DNA of 64,000 nt from the NCBI RefSeq assembly GCF_009914755.1, contig NC_060941.1; one strand, written 5' to 3'. Under the pieces are notes generated by a model. That model worked only from the letters and a program-made list of their open reading frames with translations, searched no databases and had not been told where the DNA came from. Of this stretch, positions 19,313-33,606 are shown one piece after another (within the stretch, counting starts at the first letter, position 1; each line of letters opens with the position of its first letter). A program made the position numbers and the translations under genes. The stretch is from the human T2T-CHM13v2.0 reference genome, Homo sapiens.

Positions 19313-20650
19313 ATTTTTTTAATTTACTTTAAGTTCTGGGATACGTGTGCTGAATGTGCAGGTTTGTTACATAGGTATACATATGCCAGGGGGTTTGCTG
19401 CACCTATCAACCTGTCATCTAGGTTTTAAGCCCCACATGCATTAGGTATTTGTCCTAATGCTCTCCCTCCCCTTCCCCCACCCCCCAACAGGCCTCCATG
19501 TGTGATGTTTCCCTCCCTGTGTCCATGTCTTCTCATTGTTCAACTCCCATTTATGAGTGAGGACATGTGGTGTTTGGTTTTCTGTTCCTACGTTAGTTTG
19601 CTGAGAATGATGGTTTCCAGCTTCATCCATGTCCCTGCAAAGGACATGAACTCATGCAAAGGACATGAACTATATTTTGTGGCTGCATAATATTCTATGG
19701 TGTATATGTGCCACATTCCAGTCTATCATCAATGGGCATTTGGGTTGGTTCCAAGTCTTTGCTATTGTGAATAGTGCTGCAATAAACATACATGTTCATA
19801 TGTCTTTATAGTAGAATGATTTATAATCCTTTGGGTATATACCCATAATGGGATTGCTGGGTCAAGTGGTATTTCTGGTTCTAGATCCTCGAGGAATTGC
19901 CACACTGTCTTCCACAATGGTTGAACTAATTTACACTCCCATCAGCAGTGTAAAAGCATTCCTATTTCTCCACAGCCTCACCAGCATCTGTTGTTTCTTG
20001 ACTTTTTAATGATCGTCATTCTAACTGGCATGAGATGGTATCTCATTGTGGTCTAACGACCAGTGATAATGAACTTTTTTTCATATGTTTGTTGGCTGCA
20101 TAAATGTTTTCTCTTGAGAAGTATCTGTTTATATCCTTTGCCCACTTTTTGATGGGGTTGTTTTATTCTTGTAAATTTGTTTAAGTTCCTTGTAGATTCT
20201 GGATATGAGACCTTTGTCAGATGGATAGATTGCAAAAATTTTCTCCCATTCTGTAGGTTGTCTGTTCACTCTGATGATAATTTCTTTTGCTGTGCAAAAA
20301 CCTTTTAGTTTAATTAGATCCCATTTGTCAATTTTGGCTTTTGTTGCAATTGTTTTTGGTGTTTTAGTCATGAAGTCTTTGCCCATGCCTATATCCTGAA
20401 TGGTATTGCCTTGGTTTTCTTTTAGGGTTTTTATGGTTTTAGGTTTTACATTTAAGTCTTTAATCAATCTTGAGTTAACTTTTGTATAAGGTGTAAGGAA
20501 AGCATCCAGTTTCTGTTTTCTGCATATGGCTAGCCAGTTTTCCCAGCACCATTTATTAAATAGGGAATCATTTTCCCATTGCTTGTTTTTGCAGGTTTGT
20601 TGAAGATCAGATGGTTGTAGATGTGAGGCGTTATTTCTGAGGCCTCTATT
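19313..20650 (-). mobile_element. 5'-truncated L1PA (3'UTR plus ORF2 C-terminus)
   Basis: tttaagttctgggatac... 3'UTR; minus-strand ORF 20129..20653 [15 protein letters not shown]...[24 protein letters not shown]. Confidence 0.96.
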
Positions 20651-21254
20651 CAATCACAGAAGTTATTTACCCTTTTCCTCACAAGTCATGGAATAAAGCC
20701 CATCAAAACGTGTAATATTGTGCCCTTCAGCATTTCCAAATACGTTGTCTTACTTGATCTTTGCCATACAAATATGAACTCATTATTTTGTTTTTAAGAT
20801 TTAGAAACTGCAAGCCCAGGTAAATACTTACCTCCAAGACTCAGTCAATACTTTGCAGAGCTGCAATTTGAACACAAGTCTACTAACTCCAAAGCCCCTA
20901 CTACTTTCAGTTAATTAAACTGTCTCTTCTATTTTTTTCAAATCTTTTTCCTCACCTGGGTTTTTTTATAATGTCAAATATCTTCTGAATAAGAGAGCTA
21001 TTGGCTGAAAATTAACAACACTATGATTGTAAGAAGACTTTTACCCTAGAAGTATCTGGTATTTGCATGGCCTTTCTTGTCTAAATAATAGTAATGATTT
21101 ATTATAATAATAATCACCACCACACATCAACAGTAAAAGTAACTTCTACCACTACCAATGGTTGAGTCTTAATTATGTGTTGGAAATTTACTAAACACAT
21201 TACACAAGTCGTTTCCTTTAAGTAAAGGAATTAGATATTTCCCTTTGCCATGAC

Positions 21255-21925
21255 GTTATGGACTATACTGTGTCCCCTAAAACTCACATATTGAAGTCCT
21301 AACCTCCAATATTTTAGATTATGAAGGTAACTTGAGGCAGGAACTTTAAATAAATAATTAAAATCAAGCAGAGTCATATGGATACGATCTAATCCAACAG
21401 GAATGCTGTCCTTATAAGAATAGGAAGAGAAACCAGAGATGAGAGTGTCATATGTATACCTGTACCTATGTATACCTATACCATAGAAATACCTAATGCA
21501 TGTGGGGCTTAAAAACTAGATGACAGGTTGATAGGTGCAGCAAACCACGGTGGCACATGTTTACCTATGTGACATACCCTTGTATACCTATGTGAGGACA
21601 TGTGGTGTTTGGTTTTCTGTTCCTATGTTAGTTTGCTAAGAATGATGGTTTCCAGCTTCATAGGACATGAACTCATTATTTTTTATGGCTGCATAGTATT
21701 CTATGGTGTATATGTGCCACATTCCAGTCTATCCTCAATGGGCGTGTGAGGACATAGGAAGGAGATGGCCATCTGCTAGCCAAGGAGAGAGGCCTCAGGA
21801 GAAAACAAACATGCCAACACCTGGAATTGATTTCCAGCCTCCAGAACTATGTAAAAATAAATTTCTATTGTTTAAGCCACCCAGTCTGTGGTATTTTATT
21901 GACATCCCTGGAAAACTAATAAACA
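21255..21925 (+). mobile_element. MLT1-type MaLR LTR containing an L1-derived insertion (21451-21744)
   Basis: ttatggact...gtgtcccc...ttgaagtcctaacc; ttccagcctccagaact...aaataaatttctattgtttaagccacccagtctgtggtat. Confidence 0.85.
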
Positions 21926-23896
21926 TATAAGACATGATAAATTTCAGTAAGAGTACCTTGCACCCCTGAAACTGATTTAAAGCTAGAAAACTCAACGCAA
22001 TTGAAGAAATCAGTCATGAAATTCTAGTTCTACAGATTCTCCTGCTTTTTTCAATGGCTATGGAATTGAGAGATTTTCTTTATCCACCTGGGACATATAG
22101 AACTAATAACTGTGCTCAAAACCATAAAAATGGCATTAAACAGGAGCTTATATTCATTGCCAGTCAAATCAGTATCTTATTAGAGTGTTCTCTAACATGT
22201 AAAATGGAAGATGAGAGCCTTAACAAATGATCCCATAAATGAAAGAAAATATCCATAGTGTATAAATGAGAGAATTCTCAGGACAAGGGACAGATTTTCT
22301 CTAAAATTTTTATAGAAAAGTTCGCTTTCCACTTGTGAATGATAAAATAAATTCTCAAAGGGGTTTGCACAAAAGACAACTCTTTCATTAAATATTAAGA
22401 ATAAAGAGCTCCATTCAAGACAATCACAAAAGGCCAAATAGAAACCATAAGGTGGAGAGAGCAGACTGGCCTTACCTAAAAGATTGCAGCTGGGAAGACT
22501 CAGATAGATTCTTAGAAAGAGAGCCTATCACAGAACTTCTGTGATAATATCTTAGAAAATCAAGCCCGTGGATTATTTTCTACCAATAAAATGCTGAAGG
22601 AAACAGAGAGGCTGTGGATAAAAGGAAGTATGTTTTAGATCAACCTGACATCTGAAACAGCCAGTTCTCTAGTGATATTTTACAGATAAACAATATATTT
22701 TTATTCAGATGTCTTAGAAACTGAAGCTGAGAGACCTATTCTTCAAGTCCAGTAACATAAAACAGAAACAATGGTAGTAATCATATTTCCTGAACTATTA
22801 AGTTAAATGTCTGTCTAGCATTTCTGAGCATGCTTGAGTCTCTGTAGTTCATCTTGTCAGGTTAATCAGGATGGGTACTTCAAATTGACAGGGTAACCAG
22901 CTTTTCTTCCAGAGCAGCTTTCAGCAAACTGAAACATGCACTTTGACTTGAAATCAGAGAAAGTCTCTACCACTCAAACCCTTAAAACAATGCATACTTA
23001 TCGAACGCCTATTGTGTGCATAATCTTCTTCCAGGAAAAACAAACATTAAGAAAAAGCAGTCCTTGTGCTCAAGAAAATACATATGGAAGATATGGAAAA
23101 AGCAAGTACTGAACTAATCTTAATGCAAGGCAGGATATGAGATGTCACAAGAAAGGTACAAATAACGTGCAGTGGAGAATCAGAAAAGGGAGAGGTTCAT
23201 CTGATTGCATGATGGAAGCAAATCAGGACACATTTATAGAAGAGGTAAGTTTTAAAATAGATCTTAAGGAATGAGCAGGATTTCGACAAAGATGAAAAGA
23301 AATTCTGGAAGAATAAAACAGTAAGAGAAACTTGGCGATGTGAACATATAGGTTTGGTTATAGTTTGGTTTGAGGAAATGCAAATAATCTAGTTTGGCAG
23401 AAGTTAAAGCTGATTATATAATTTTTGAGTTTTTTTTTTTTAACTTAAAGTTTACTAACAAGAACGTGAAACCCAGAAGCCAGAAAAGATGGACAGATTT
23501 AGTTTAAAAACTAAATAGATAAATCTGTGGGCTGAAAGATGCCACTAACAAAGTTCAAAGAGAAATACTTGAAAATGAAAACCTTTGCAATAATAACATG
23601 TGACCAGATACTATGTCAGATGACAAATATCCATAATTTCCATTGTATAGGGAGTATCAGTTCATCACATTGTAACAAATACAGAAATCGTTCACAATAT
23701 ATTAAATGAAAATAACTATTTAAAAAGTTCAAAGCACTCTCCTAAAAGCTCCAGAAATAAAGATATCACAAATGTGATTAAGAAATGTTTGTAAAACAAC
23801 AGAAATTACATATCAAAGTGCAAAAAATGATCCAAATGTATTTTCAAATAATTTATGTTAAAAGATTTTATCAAAAATTTAATTATATATTTAGAC

Positions 23897-24340
23897 TGTT
23901 AAAGGGAACTAAATATGGCCTGAGAAGGACTCCATACCTCCATATTTAAGTCCTCATGGAAGAACTGCAACGTAGCTTAATAGGTAGACAAGATTGAAAC
24001 CCTAGTTTAGGAGTATGCGCCTGTAGCAGTAGATAAGTCTTGGCCAATCCCAGTGGCCATACTTCAACCATTGATACACTGCTGTCTTCAAACTGTGTTT
24101 TGTGTTCAAATAAAGCAAACGCCAAGCTGTAACCAACCCAACCATTCTGTACCTCACTTCCAATTTCTGTATGTCATTTCCCTTTTTTTTTTTTTTCGTC
24201 CATCAATCTTCTTCTACCATGTTGCTGCGCTGGAGTCTCTGTGAATCTGCTGTGATTCTGGGAGATGCCTGATTCATGAATCATTCATTGCTCAATGAAA
24301 CTCCTTTAAATTTAATTTGGCTGAAGTTTTTCTTTTATCA
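23897..24340 (+). mobile_element. 5' LTR (MER57A-like)
   Basis: tgttaaagggaactaaatatggcctgagaagg...tcttttatca; CCAAT box ggccaatc. Confidence 0.9.
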
Positions 24341-24342
24341 GG

Positions 24343-24360
24343 TGGTGTAAGAAGCAGGAT
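24343..24360 (+). promoter_or_regulatory. Primer-binding site, tRNA-Leu-like
   Basis: tggtgtaagaagcaggat vs TGGTGTCAGAAGTGGGAT (3 mismatches), 2 nt after the LTR. Confidence 0.7.
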
Positions 24361-25643
24361 CCAAAGTTGAGCTTCTAGAGATCCCCAGGAGCACTGAATT
24401 AACCCACAAGGTACCTGAAGGATCTACTTTTGTCCACTGATCTCTCAGAGCAGTTGGGGATTGTGGGTAAGCACCCTCTCAGATTTTGGAGCTCCATGGA
24501 TTTGTGTTTTGAGCTGAGTTTCTTCGAGCGAATTTCTGATCCAAACCGGGTTTGGAAGTTGCAACAGAAACTGGACTGGATCCAAGAATGAATTTGATTG
24601 TGGAATTAACTGGCTTGGTTCCAGTTAGAGACTTCTTACATCTGACTGGGTCAGATAGGAACTGGTAGTAAGCAGTAATATCACTGTAGTTATAATATTT
24701 GGCTTTTGAAAAATCATTGGGATTTTTGTGTTCTACCCCTTTGTTTCATTTTTCTTGTGTACTTAGGTAGGAAAAATAATCATTGGCTAATCGAGAGAAC
24801 CTGAGAGTAAAGCCAATATTTTAGGTAAAAATGGGATCTTTAATTCCTGGAAAACTGAGTTCTTTCCAGCTTATACATTAGGCCTGGGAGGCAGTAAATT
24901 CTTCAGAAATGGCAAAATCTTAGTAATTTACAGTGGAATGTTCTCAATGAACAACAGATTGGAGTACATTTAAAAATGAGGGCTCTGAGTGAGTCCCTTT
25001 AGGCTAAGAATGGGTTTGGCACTCTAAAATGTTAGCTTCTATTCTCTTTGGATTAATTTGTCTTACACTTTTTGCTGACAGCTACGGGTGATAGAATTAG
25101 ATATGTACAGGACCATGGGACATGGGGAGCTTTTTCCTTCCCAAAGGGGAAATTGAGAGCTGATGGGACTGCTGGAAAAGATCCCTTTGCTACTGACAAG
25201 TGGCCACCTGAACTTTTTAGAGTTGCTGCAATGGGTGGATCTTTCTCTGGCCTCCCTGAACTCATCACCTTCCCCATCCTGCCATAGGCAATGCTTTTCT
25301 CTCTCTCCTTTCCCTTTCTTATCTTTTCTATTACCCAGGGCAACCATCTTTCCCAGAGACTACATGCTTAAACTCCTAGTTGGAGGTTGGATTAAACATA
25401 ACAGATCCATCTAAGGGCAAACTTAAGCCCTGACAGTTTAATATTGGGTGCTAAGCAGAATGGCTAATGTCTATTTTTTCATACATATTTTACTCTGGCC
25501 AGAACAGAAACAGATAATTTTCCTTTGTGCTGTGACTTGGCCCCCAGGGCTGCAGTGCAGCCAGCTGGGTCACTCAGAGAAAAGAAACCCAGAAGCCTGG
25601 CATGATAGCAAAAGGGTAAGAATTTCTTACCAGCCAGACTTCT

Positions 25644-25645
<2 letters not shown>

Positions 25646-25680
<35 letters not shown>

Positions 25681-25702
25681 CTCTCTCTCTCTCTCCCTCT
25701 CT
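25646..25702. repeat. (TC)n microsatellite inside the ERV
   Basis: Two TC runs separated by caa. Confidence 0.95.
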
Positions 25703-25799
25703 GTGTGCAAACTGGTTGAATGGATGAATGGTAAAAATCACTGTTTATTTCCTCTGTAAAGTTTTGATTAATGAGAAAAAGGATTTGTGATGCTAATCT

Positions 25800-26095
25800 C
25801 TCTCTCTTTTTTTTTTTAAGATGGAGTTTCACTCTTTTGCCCTGGCTGGAATGTAGTGGTGCAATCTTGGCTCACTGCAACCTCCACCTTCCAGTTTCAA
25901 GAGATTCTCCTTTTAAGCGATTCTCCTGCCTCAGCCTCCCAAGCAGCTGGGATTACAGGTGACTGCCACCATGCCCAGCTAATTTTTGTATTTTTAGTAG
26001 AGATGGGATTTCACCCTTTTGGCAAGGCTGGTCTCGAACTCCTGACCTCATGATCCACCCACCTTGGCCTGCCAAAGTGCTGGAATTACAGGCAG
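25800..26095 (-). mobile_element. AluS inserted in the ERV internal region
   Basis: T-tail plus Alu body; TSD gtgatgctaatct (25787-25799) / gtgaggctaatct (26096-26108). Confidence 0.95.
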
Positions 26096-28449
26096 GTGAG
26101 GCTAATCTTAAATTGTAGTAATCTAGTGTGATTTGTATGTCTTTCTGTGTTCTATAACGTAGAGGGGTACCTTTGGATAGAACATGGGCTTAGGATACCT
26201 ATAAGTCCGCTGTTGAAAACAGTCCAGCAAACTGGTAAGTTATAAACTTTGCTGCAGGTCCCTGAAGAAAAACAAAACAAAACAAAACAAAACTGGATGA
26301 GGTCTTCCTCTTGTCTTGTATGTCCTTGGGACCTTGACCTTGTAACTATGTGGCTGTGCTTTCTCTTTTCACAGTGATGGCCCAGGTTCAGTGTCCAATT
26401 CCTGACTTGGAAAATGAGTCCTTTATCTTCTGTCTTTGTATTTATATGTATTATTATGTAATGTTTATATATGAAAGAGCTTTAACTAACTGGTTTAAAA
26501 ATAATAAGAGCTTAAATCAAATATTTTGTTAGAAAAGTAAAAAGTGTAATGCCTTTTAATTATGTGACATAAGTAACCTTGGGGAAATAAAGACAGTTTT
26601 ACAAATTATTGGTAAAAAGTCTTCAAAAGTGTAAATATTTGGTCTAAATTATGCCAGTCAGATATTAAGTTTGCTAATTGCTTTAAAGTCATAACCTGCT
26701 ACTTTGAGTTTTAAAAATTGTTCAATTTATTTTGGATCATTAGATTCTAGATAAGGCCTGGGGACATATTAAATTAGCCATACACCCTAGCTATGAAAAA
26801 AAGGTATTAAAGAGGGGAGATTTTATATAAGAAAGGATCTTGTAGAGTAAGTTATTGTCCTAAAGCTAAAGTAAAGTAACTGGCTGTTTAAACAGAGGAA
26901 TATTTAGGACAAGTTAGAAAGTCAAAGTATGTTGTAGATGGTCTGTGAAAGTCATGAAAGAATTTGTGAAAAGGAATTTATACAAGAAATGTTGTACAAT
27001 TTAAAGGTGATTAGGCCTCATAAATGCTTGATAAAATGCCACTATGACTCTTAACAGTACAACTTACCTGCTTTACAGTTAGGCAAGGCCTGGGACACGG
27101 TGCTGGAAAGAGTCAGACCTTATCTGCATTTCTGTCTGGGTCCGAGGCTCCACACCTAGTACATAATTAAAACCCTGAACTTACTAGAGTTTTTCACCAA
27201 AAGTAAAAATTGCTAAGGATTAACAGTGTAGCATGTATAAACATTTATTTGAAACTACTGAAAAAACAGTTTTACATGCAAGGTTTGTAAAGAAAGTGAA
27301 ATGTGTTTTTGGTAAAAAATTATTAAAAGTAATGGAAGTGTGAATTTTTTGGCCTAAGTTTAGAGGGTTAAAGTATTGTTTTAAGTGAGATAGGAAATAT
27401 TTAAAGGTTTAAACAAGTTGTGGAAGGTTTGTGAAAATTAACCTTGTAAAAGAAATTCTATGTGTGAAAAGATTGGCTAAATGTAAAGGGGTACTATTTG
27501 GTTTTCCATAAATTGAACATCAAAATAAAAGCACAACAGGGTTTTCTTAAAACACTAAGCTCTTTAACAAAAATTTGTAATGGGTTATAAAAGCTTTATA
27601 AAAAATCTCACCTTATAGTCAAGCTGATTAAGACTGTATAGATTTTTCTATGAGGTTTTATTAAAACTTGGGGTTGACATTAATAGTCCACTAATGCAAA
27701 GGTAAAATTTGGCTTTCCCTCTTGAACAAGACTTTCATGTAATATTAAAAGATAATAAAAAATTTTTTGTTTCCCCCCTAAATACACTACCAAAAAGGAA
27801 AAAAGAAGAAGATAGAAAAGTCAAAAGGCAGATTGTTTGGAAAGCTAAGTCTTCTATCAATGAGTAAAGGTTTTTGCCTTCTTAAAAATTTTCAAGTCAC
27901 CATTTTGGCAAAATGAATAACTTATGGTAGCCTGGAATTCTAGTTCACAATATCAAGTGTTTTAAACCTTTAACATATTAAATAGGCTTCCCAAAATCAA
28001 ATTTCAGCTTTGAAATAGTCTTTTCTGACCTGTAACTTTGGAATGCTACAAAGGGGCCCTCCTTGAAGTATCCAAAAGAGAGGTAAACAGAATTATTTAA
28101 CACATTAAGATACATGGGAAGCATTGTCAAACTAATAATGTTTAATCTTCAAGTTATATTCTATTGAATATTAATATGTTGTAAAATTGTATGGGATTTT
28201 AAAAATTCTAATATGTCTGATTATATGCTATCAATCATAATTATGGTTATCATGTTAAGTTATTGTACACCACAGAAATAACCAAATATTTTTGTATAAA
28301 ATTGCTAACCCAAGTAGAACAACAACAAAAAAATTAAATACTGAGGAAATACTTTGTCAGATTTTCACGTTAAATCAGCCGATACTGAAATTGTTTAGAT
28401 ATACAATTTGAACTCCACAGTCTAAGTCAAATTACCTAAGATAATTAAG

Positions 28450-28704
<255 letters not shown>

Positions 28705-29219
28705 TGACAGAAGCTAAAAGAAATGTACAATGATAAGGACACCGTAACCTGTGAACAATATGCTGAGACCAGAAACCCAAAATGATGGTAACAGGGAGTG
28801 GCACTAAGGCACTAAGTTTTAGTCACATTCTCACCTAAGTGAGAACCTGACCAAAAAGGATAAATTTTTTAAACAAAATTATTGGAGGCCATCATTTCAG
28901 ACTAAGCTCATGCACTAGGACCCAGCAGGCCAAACCAAACTAAAATGGAGTCACTCATGCTAAATGAAACATAATCAAACTAAGTCTTTAAGGAAATACA
29001 TAGATCCTAAAACAGACCTGTTTTGTTTTTCTCCTGTAAACAGGCTATTCCAGCATAAGGAGGCACCCTCTACTCAGTCCTTGTTTCTACCTTTGCAAAA
29101 CTCACTGTTCTACTGATTCTCAGTGGGTTTCAAGTACATTTACAATGGCGATAGTGACATCAATAGCTAAAGTTTTGGTCAGTCTCTCAAAATTGAGAAA
29201 ATGACCACAAAGAGGGAAT

Positions 29220-29647
29220 GGTTAAAGCAAATGAAATATGGCCTGAGAAGATTCCGTATTCCTATATTTGAGTTCTTGTGGATGAACTGCAACCTACCTT
29301 AATAGGTAGACAAGATTGAAAACCTAACTTAGGAGTATGCTCCTGTAATAATAGCTAAGCCTTGGCCAATCCCAGTGTCCATAGTCCAACCACTCATACA
29401 CTGCTGTGTTCACACTGTGTTCAAATAAGGTAAATGCTGAGCTGTAACCAACCAACCCAATCTGTACCTCACTTCCAATTTCCGTACATCATTTCCAAAT
29501 TTTTGTCTATAAATCTTCTTCCACCACATGGCTGCACTGTAATCTCTGTGAATCTGCTGTGATTCTGGAGGCTGCCCAATTTGCATATTGTTCACTGCTC
29601 AGTTAACCTCCTTTAAATTTAATTTGTCTGAAATTTTTATTTTATCA
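29220..29647 (+). mobile_element. 3' LTR (MER57A-like)
   Basis: gttaaagcaaatgaaatatggcctgagaag...ttttatca; aligns along its length to 23897-24340. Confidence 0.9.
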
Positions 29648-29772
29648 AGACATAAATTCAACAAAAGAAATTAGAAAAAAAGGGAGCAAAACGATAAAAA
29701 AAAAAAAAAGCAGAATGGATGGAATAGGAGATTTCAATCCAGGAATGAATAAATGAACAAAAGGAAAACTAG

Positions 29773-30142
<370 letters not shown>

Positions 30143-30199
30143 TTAAAAAATAACTAGTCAAATTAAGACAAAAATGAGTAGAAACACAACTTTAGATAG

Positions 30200-30825
30200 T
30201 GTGATATGGAATTATTCACTGAGAAAGTCATGTCGAATAGACACCTGTAAGAGTGAAGAAGAAAATCATCAGATATCATGGGAAAGCGTTCTCATGAGAG
30301 GGACAGCAAGTGACTGGTTTCTAATGTGTTCCCAGAATAGCAAGGGATCAATGTGATTGGATCAGAGGAAGAGGGAGAAAGAGTTGAAGAAGTCAGAAAT
30401 GCAGGGTGAGATGAAGATGGCCTTGAAGGTCATGTAAGAATTTTGGATTTTATCCTGATTGAAACTGATGCTATTAGAAGGTTTTGATCAAAGAAGTAAC
30501 ATGATCAGCCTTATGATCTAAAAGGATCACTCTGGCTTCTATGTTTAAAATAAATGAAAGAGAGGCAAGATCAGAAGCAGGAACCACACTAATCTGTTTT
30601 CATAATTCATATGAGCAGCAGCAGAGATGGTGATAAATGGTCAGATTCTAACTACGTTTAAACTAGAGACCAGGATGATGGTAAGATTTTACTGAGGTTT
30701 ATCATTTACTGAAGATGGGAGAATGCAAGATAAATGGCTTTGTGCAGGCTGATCTGGAGATCATTTTTGGATATTTCAAGTTTTAGATGCCAGTCAGATA
30801 TTCAGTGAAAATATTGAGTAGCTAT
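30200..30825 (-). mobile_element. L2 LINE fragment
   Basis: gccttgaaggtcatgtaagaattttggatttt...aaaggatcactctggct L2 signature. Confidence 0.7.
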
Positions 30826-30829
30826 TATA

Positions 30830-31160
30830 AGCCAAGGGTGATCAAAATGACATTAATGATTTCCTTTGATTTTGCTAAACTTTAGATAGGCTTCTTCATG
30901 ATTATAGGCCCCCTTTTTCATAGAGCATTTACTTCAGAAATTATAAATCCTTTCCCTGCCCTTTTGAGATGTAAATCTTCCAGCTTCTTGCCAGTTTTAC
31001 CAGCCAGGAATGTCTTTTTCAAAAACCTGGGAGCCACCCCTTTGAACTATAATCTTCAAGATAGATCAATCTCCTATCTTCCAATCTCTGTGGAAAGGTA
31101 GGAGTCTTAAATAAGTGCCCATTAGCAAATACAAATGACCTTTTTCAGTAGTTTGACTAA
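30830..31160 (+). mobile_element. ERV1 LTR fragment (MER34/MER39-like)
   Basis: ctttgagatgtaaatctt...gccaggaatgtctt...cctgggagcca motifs, from memory. Confidence 0.5.
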
Positions 31161-31476
31161 ACCCGTTCTTGACTGTCTAACTCCAACCAGTACAATTGTT
31201 CTTTCACAAGGGAAAAGTCCATGCTAAATCTAAATATTTGGGAGTCATCGGTGTATCCATTTAAATATTTACTTTTTAACTTAAATTTCCTACATCTAGC
31301 ATAAATATATTTATTTTGCTTAAATGTCTTACAACTGGTACAAATATGTTGATTTATTCAGCAATCATTGTAACACTGTACTTACTAAAGATGTCCAAGA
31401 TAAATTACCTCAACTTCTAAAGAACTTTTCCTTGTTCCTGGAGCTCAATCATAGTATTTTATATTCCCAACTTCAC

Positions 31477-31908
31477 TATGAACAAAGAAAAAAATAACTC
31501 AGAGCATTCTGAGCTATGAGGTATGTGAAAATTTATCAGACCCGGAAAGACATAACTTTAATCATGCTCCCTGCACCCACACCAAGGGACAATTGTTTAA
31601 AGGATTTTTGTTCCTGACTTGCTGCCTGTCCCATTATCTTCATGTTCCTGGAATTTTTGATGCAAAGAAAGATGTATAACCAGTCAATAGCTTATTTTAC
31701 TTTAATGTAAATTCTCAGTAAACAACTTAGGAACTGCCTCTTCTTTTTTTTTTTTTTTTCTTAAAAACCCACTTGTAACTGCTGCTAACCTGAGCATACA
31801 TTAATTGAAACTTAAATCCATCACTCCTGGGCTACAGTTCTCAAACACGGCCCAAGTAAACTCTCTATTTACACTGACTTAGATTTGTTTTTTTCTTTAA
31901 GGTCTACA
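31477..31908 (+). mobile_element. ERV1 solo LTR (MER72-like)
   Basis: aaaataactcagagcattctgagctatgaggtatg...aaaacccacttgtaactgctgct...taaactctct...aggtctaca. Confidence 0.6.
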
Positions 31909-33606
31909 ATTGTTAGCATTGGAGAGCACTCAAGACTGTTTTCAAAGATCTAGAGGGTGGAAATTTGATTGATGTGTTGATGGGAGATAAAACAGCTTTG
32001 AATCTTAGAATTCTCTTAGAATTGTCCCCACTTCTCTCCTCAACTTGTCTCTCATTTTTTGTATTCGGCCTCACAGTCTCTTCTCTTTTTAGATGAATTA
32101 TCTTCATGTATTGTCCCCACCAGGGGAAAGAGAGCTCCACACCCCTAAGCTAGAATTAGTCCCAGTGGAAGACAGTGAATGGATAGCTTGGGACTGATGC
32201 TATAATATATAGGCTTTTTATCCGATTCTTGTCTTTGAGATGATTCTCCTTTGTTGTGAGATGATTCTTCTTTGATTTTCTGTATCAAGGTTAAGTATAG
32301 GGGGTGCGGGCCTTGAGTAAACATTTTCAAGAGACCAAAAGGCCAGCTTTTGCTTTAGGCAACTTGAGTTTATTTCTTTTACAGGCAAATAATTTTTTAA
32401 AAAATAATATAACTCGTGATTTAAGCTATTATGAATAGGAGCTTCCAAAAATAGGTTTAAGGTTTAAGGTTTAAGTGAAAGCTGATAATAAAGGAGAAAA
32501 TGCATGAATAAAAGAATGATAATAACAAGCTGCAAAAGTATAAAAATGGTACAAATGTTCAAAGGAGGTCAGAAGCAGTGACACGATGGATTTTCATGAA
32601 CATTCACTTGGTAAGGCACAATTATTATTAGGGTCAGCCAGATTACATATTTAGGCCTCAGGCCTGTGAGCTCATGCTAATTTGAACAGCTGTTCAAAAG
32701 AAGTTCATCGCTATTTGACAGATGGAGAAAATGATACTCACTAATGGCCCAAGTTGCTTTGACACAGACTGATTTCCCTATTGCTAAAACTTACTTGCAG
32801 TATCAATTGCAAATAGCTTTGACAATTTGAACCTGTTCTTCAGTGCTGACATCCTTAGGAAGAACTTTTCAAAATCATAGACCCTAATTTGAAAGAATAT
32901 TATGGTTATTGTAGCCAACTTCCCCTTATTCTCTTCTAAACAAGAATTGAGAAGTGGTAAACTGTGGGTCAGATACATATTCCCACTGTTTGAAGGAGAT
33001 TGTTAGTCACCTTTGTTGCTGATTGTCATTATTTGGAGCTGATCTCTCCTACCTTTGGAAATAAAGGGGATGATTGCATTTTATTCACAAGAAAGGGATT
33101 TATAACATTTATCATGTTGGAAGAAACAGCTGTTTCTCTTTACTACAGCATTTGCTTTCTTTCATCACATAAGAAGTCAGCTGGGAGATGCTACTAAATG
33201 TTGCATTGAATGAAACACAAACTTAAGAGTTTGTTACTATTTGGAAATAATTTTTTGCATAATTGTTTTTATAGAAGAGAATAAAATGTCCTTAAAATAA
33301 TTTTTTATCAGAACAAAGAAAACAGAAAACACAATTGGAATGAAGGCTATTCAGTCAGAAAATGTAGATAAAATGTATGAGAATTAATGCAATAATTGAA
33401 AAACATTTTGCATTTCTATAGTAGGTATTAGGAAAGCTCACAAACCAGGGTTTAAGGGGCAAATTTCTTTACTCTCTTTCAAAGTTACAGACCAGATTAT
33501 TTAGGATCCTAAATCTTCTCAGATAACACTTTCTGATGTCCTTTATTATTTAGATTAATGAGAAGCAATATTGTAGTAAGTGCAGTTTGGGGACAGAGTA
33601 TTGTGT

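Noticed and set aside
25896-25927. Small duplication aagagattctcct/aagcgattctcct in an Alu (similarly tgcaaaggacatgaact at 19635-19670)
   Set aside because: Ordinary short slippage duplications; useful only as dating markers.
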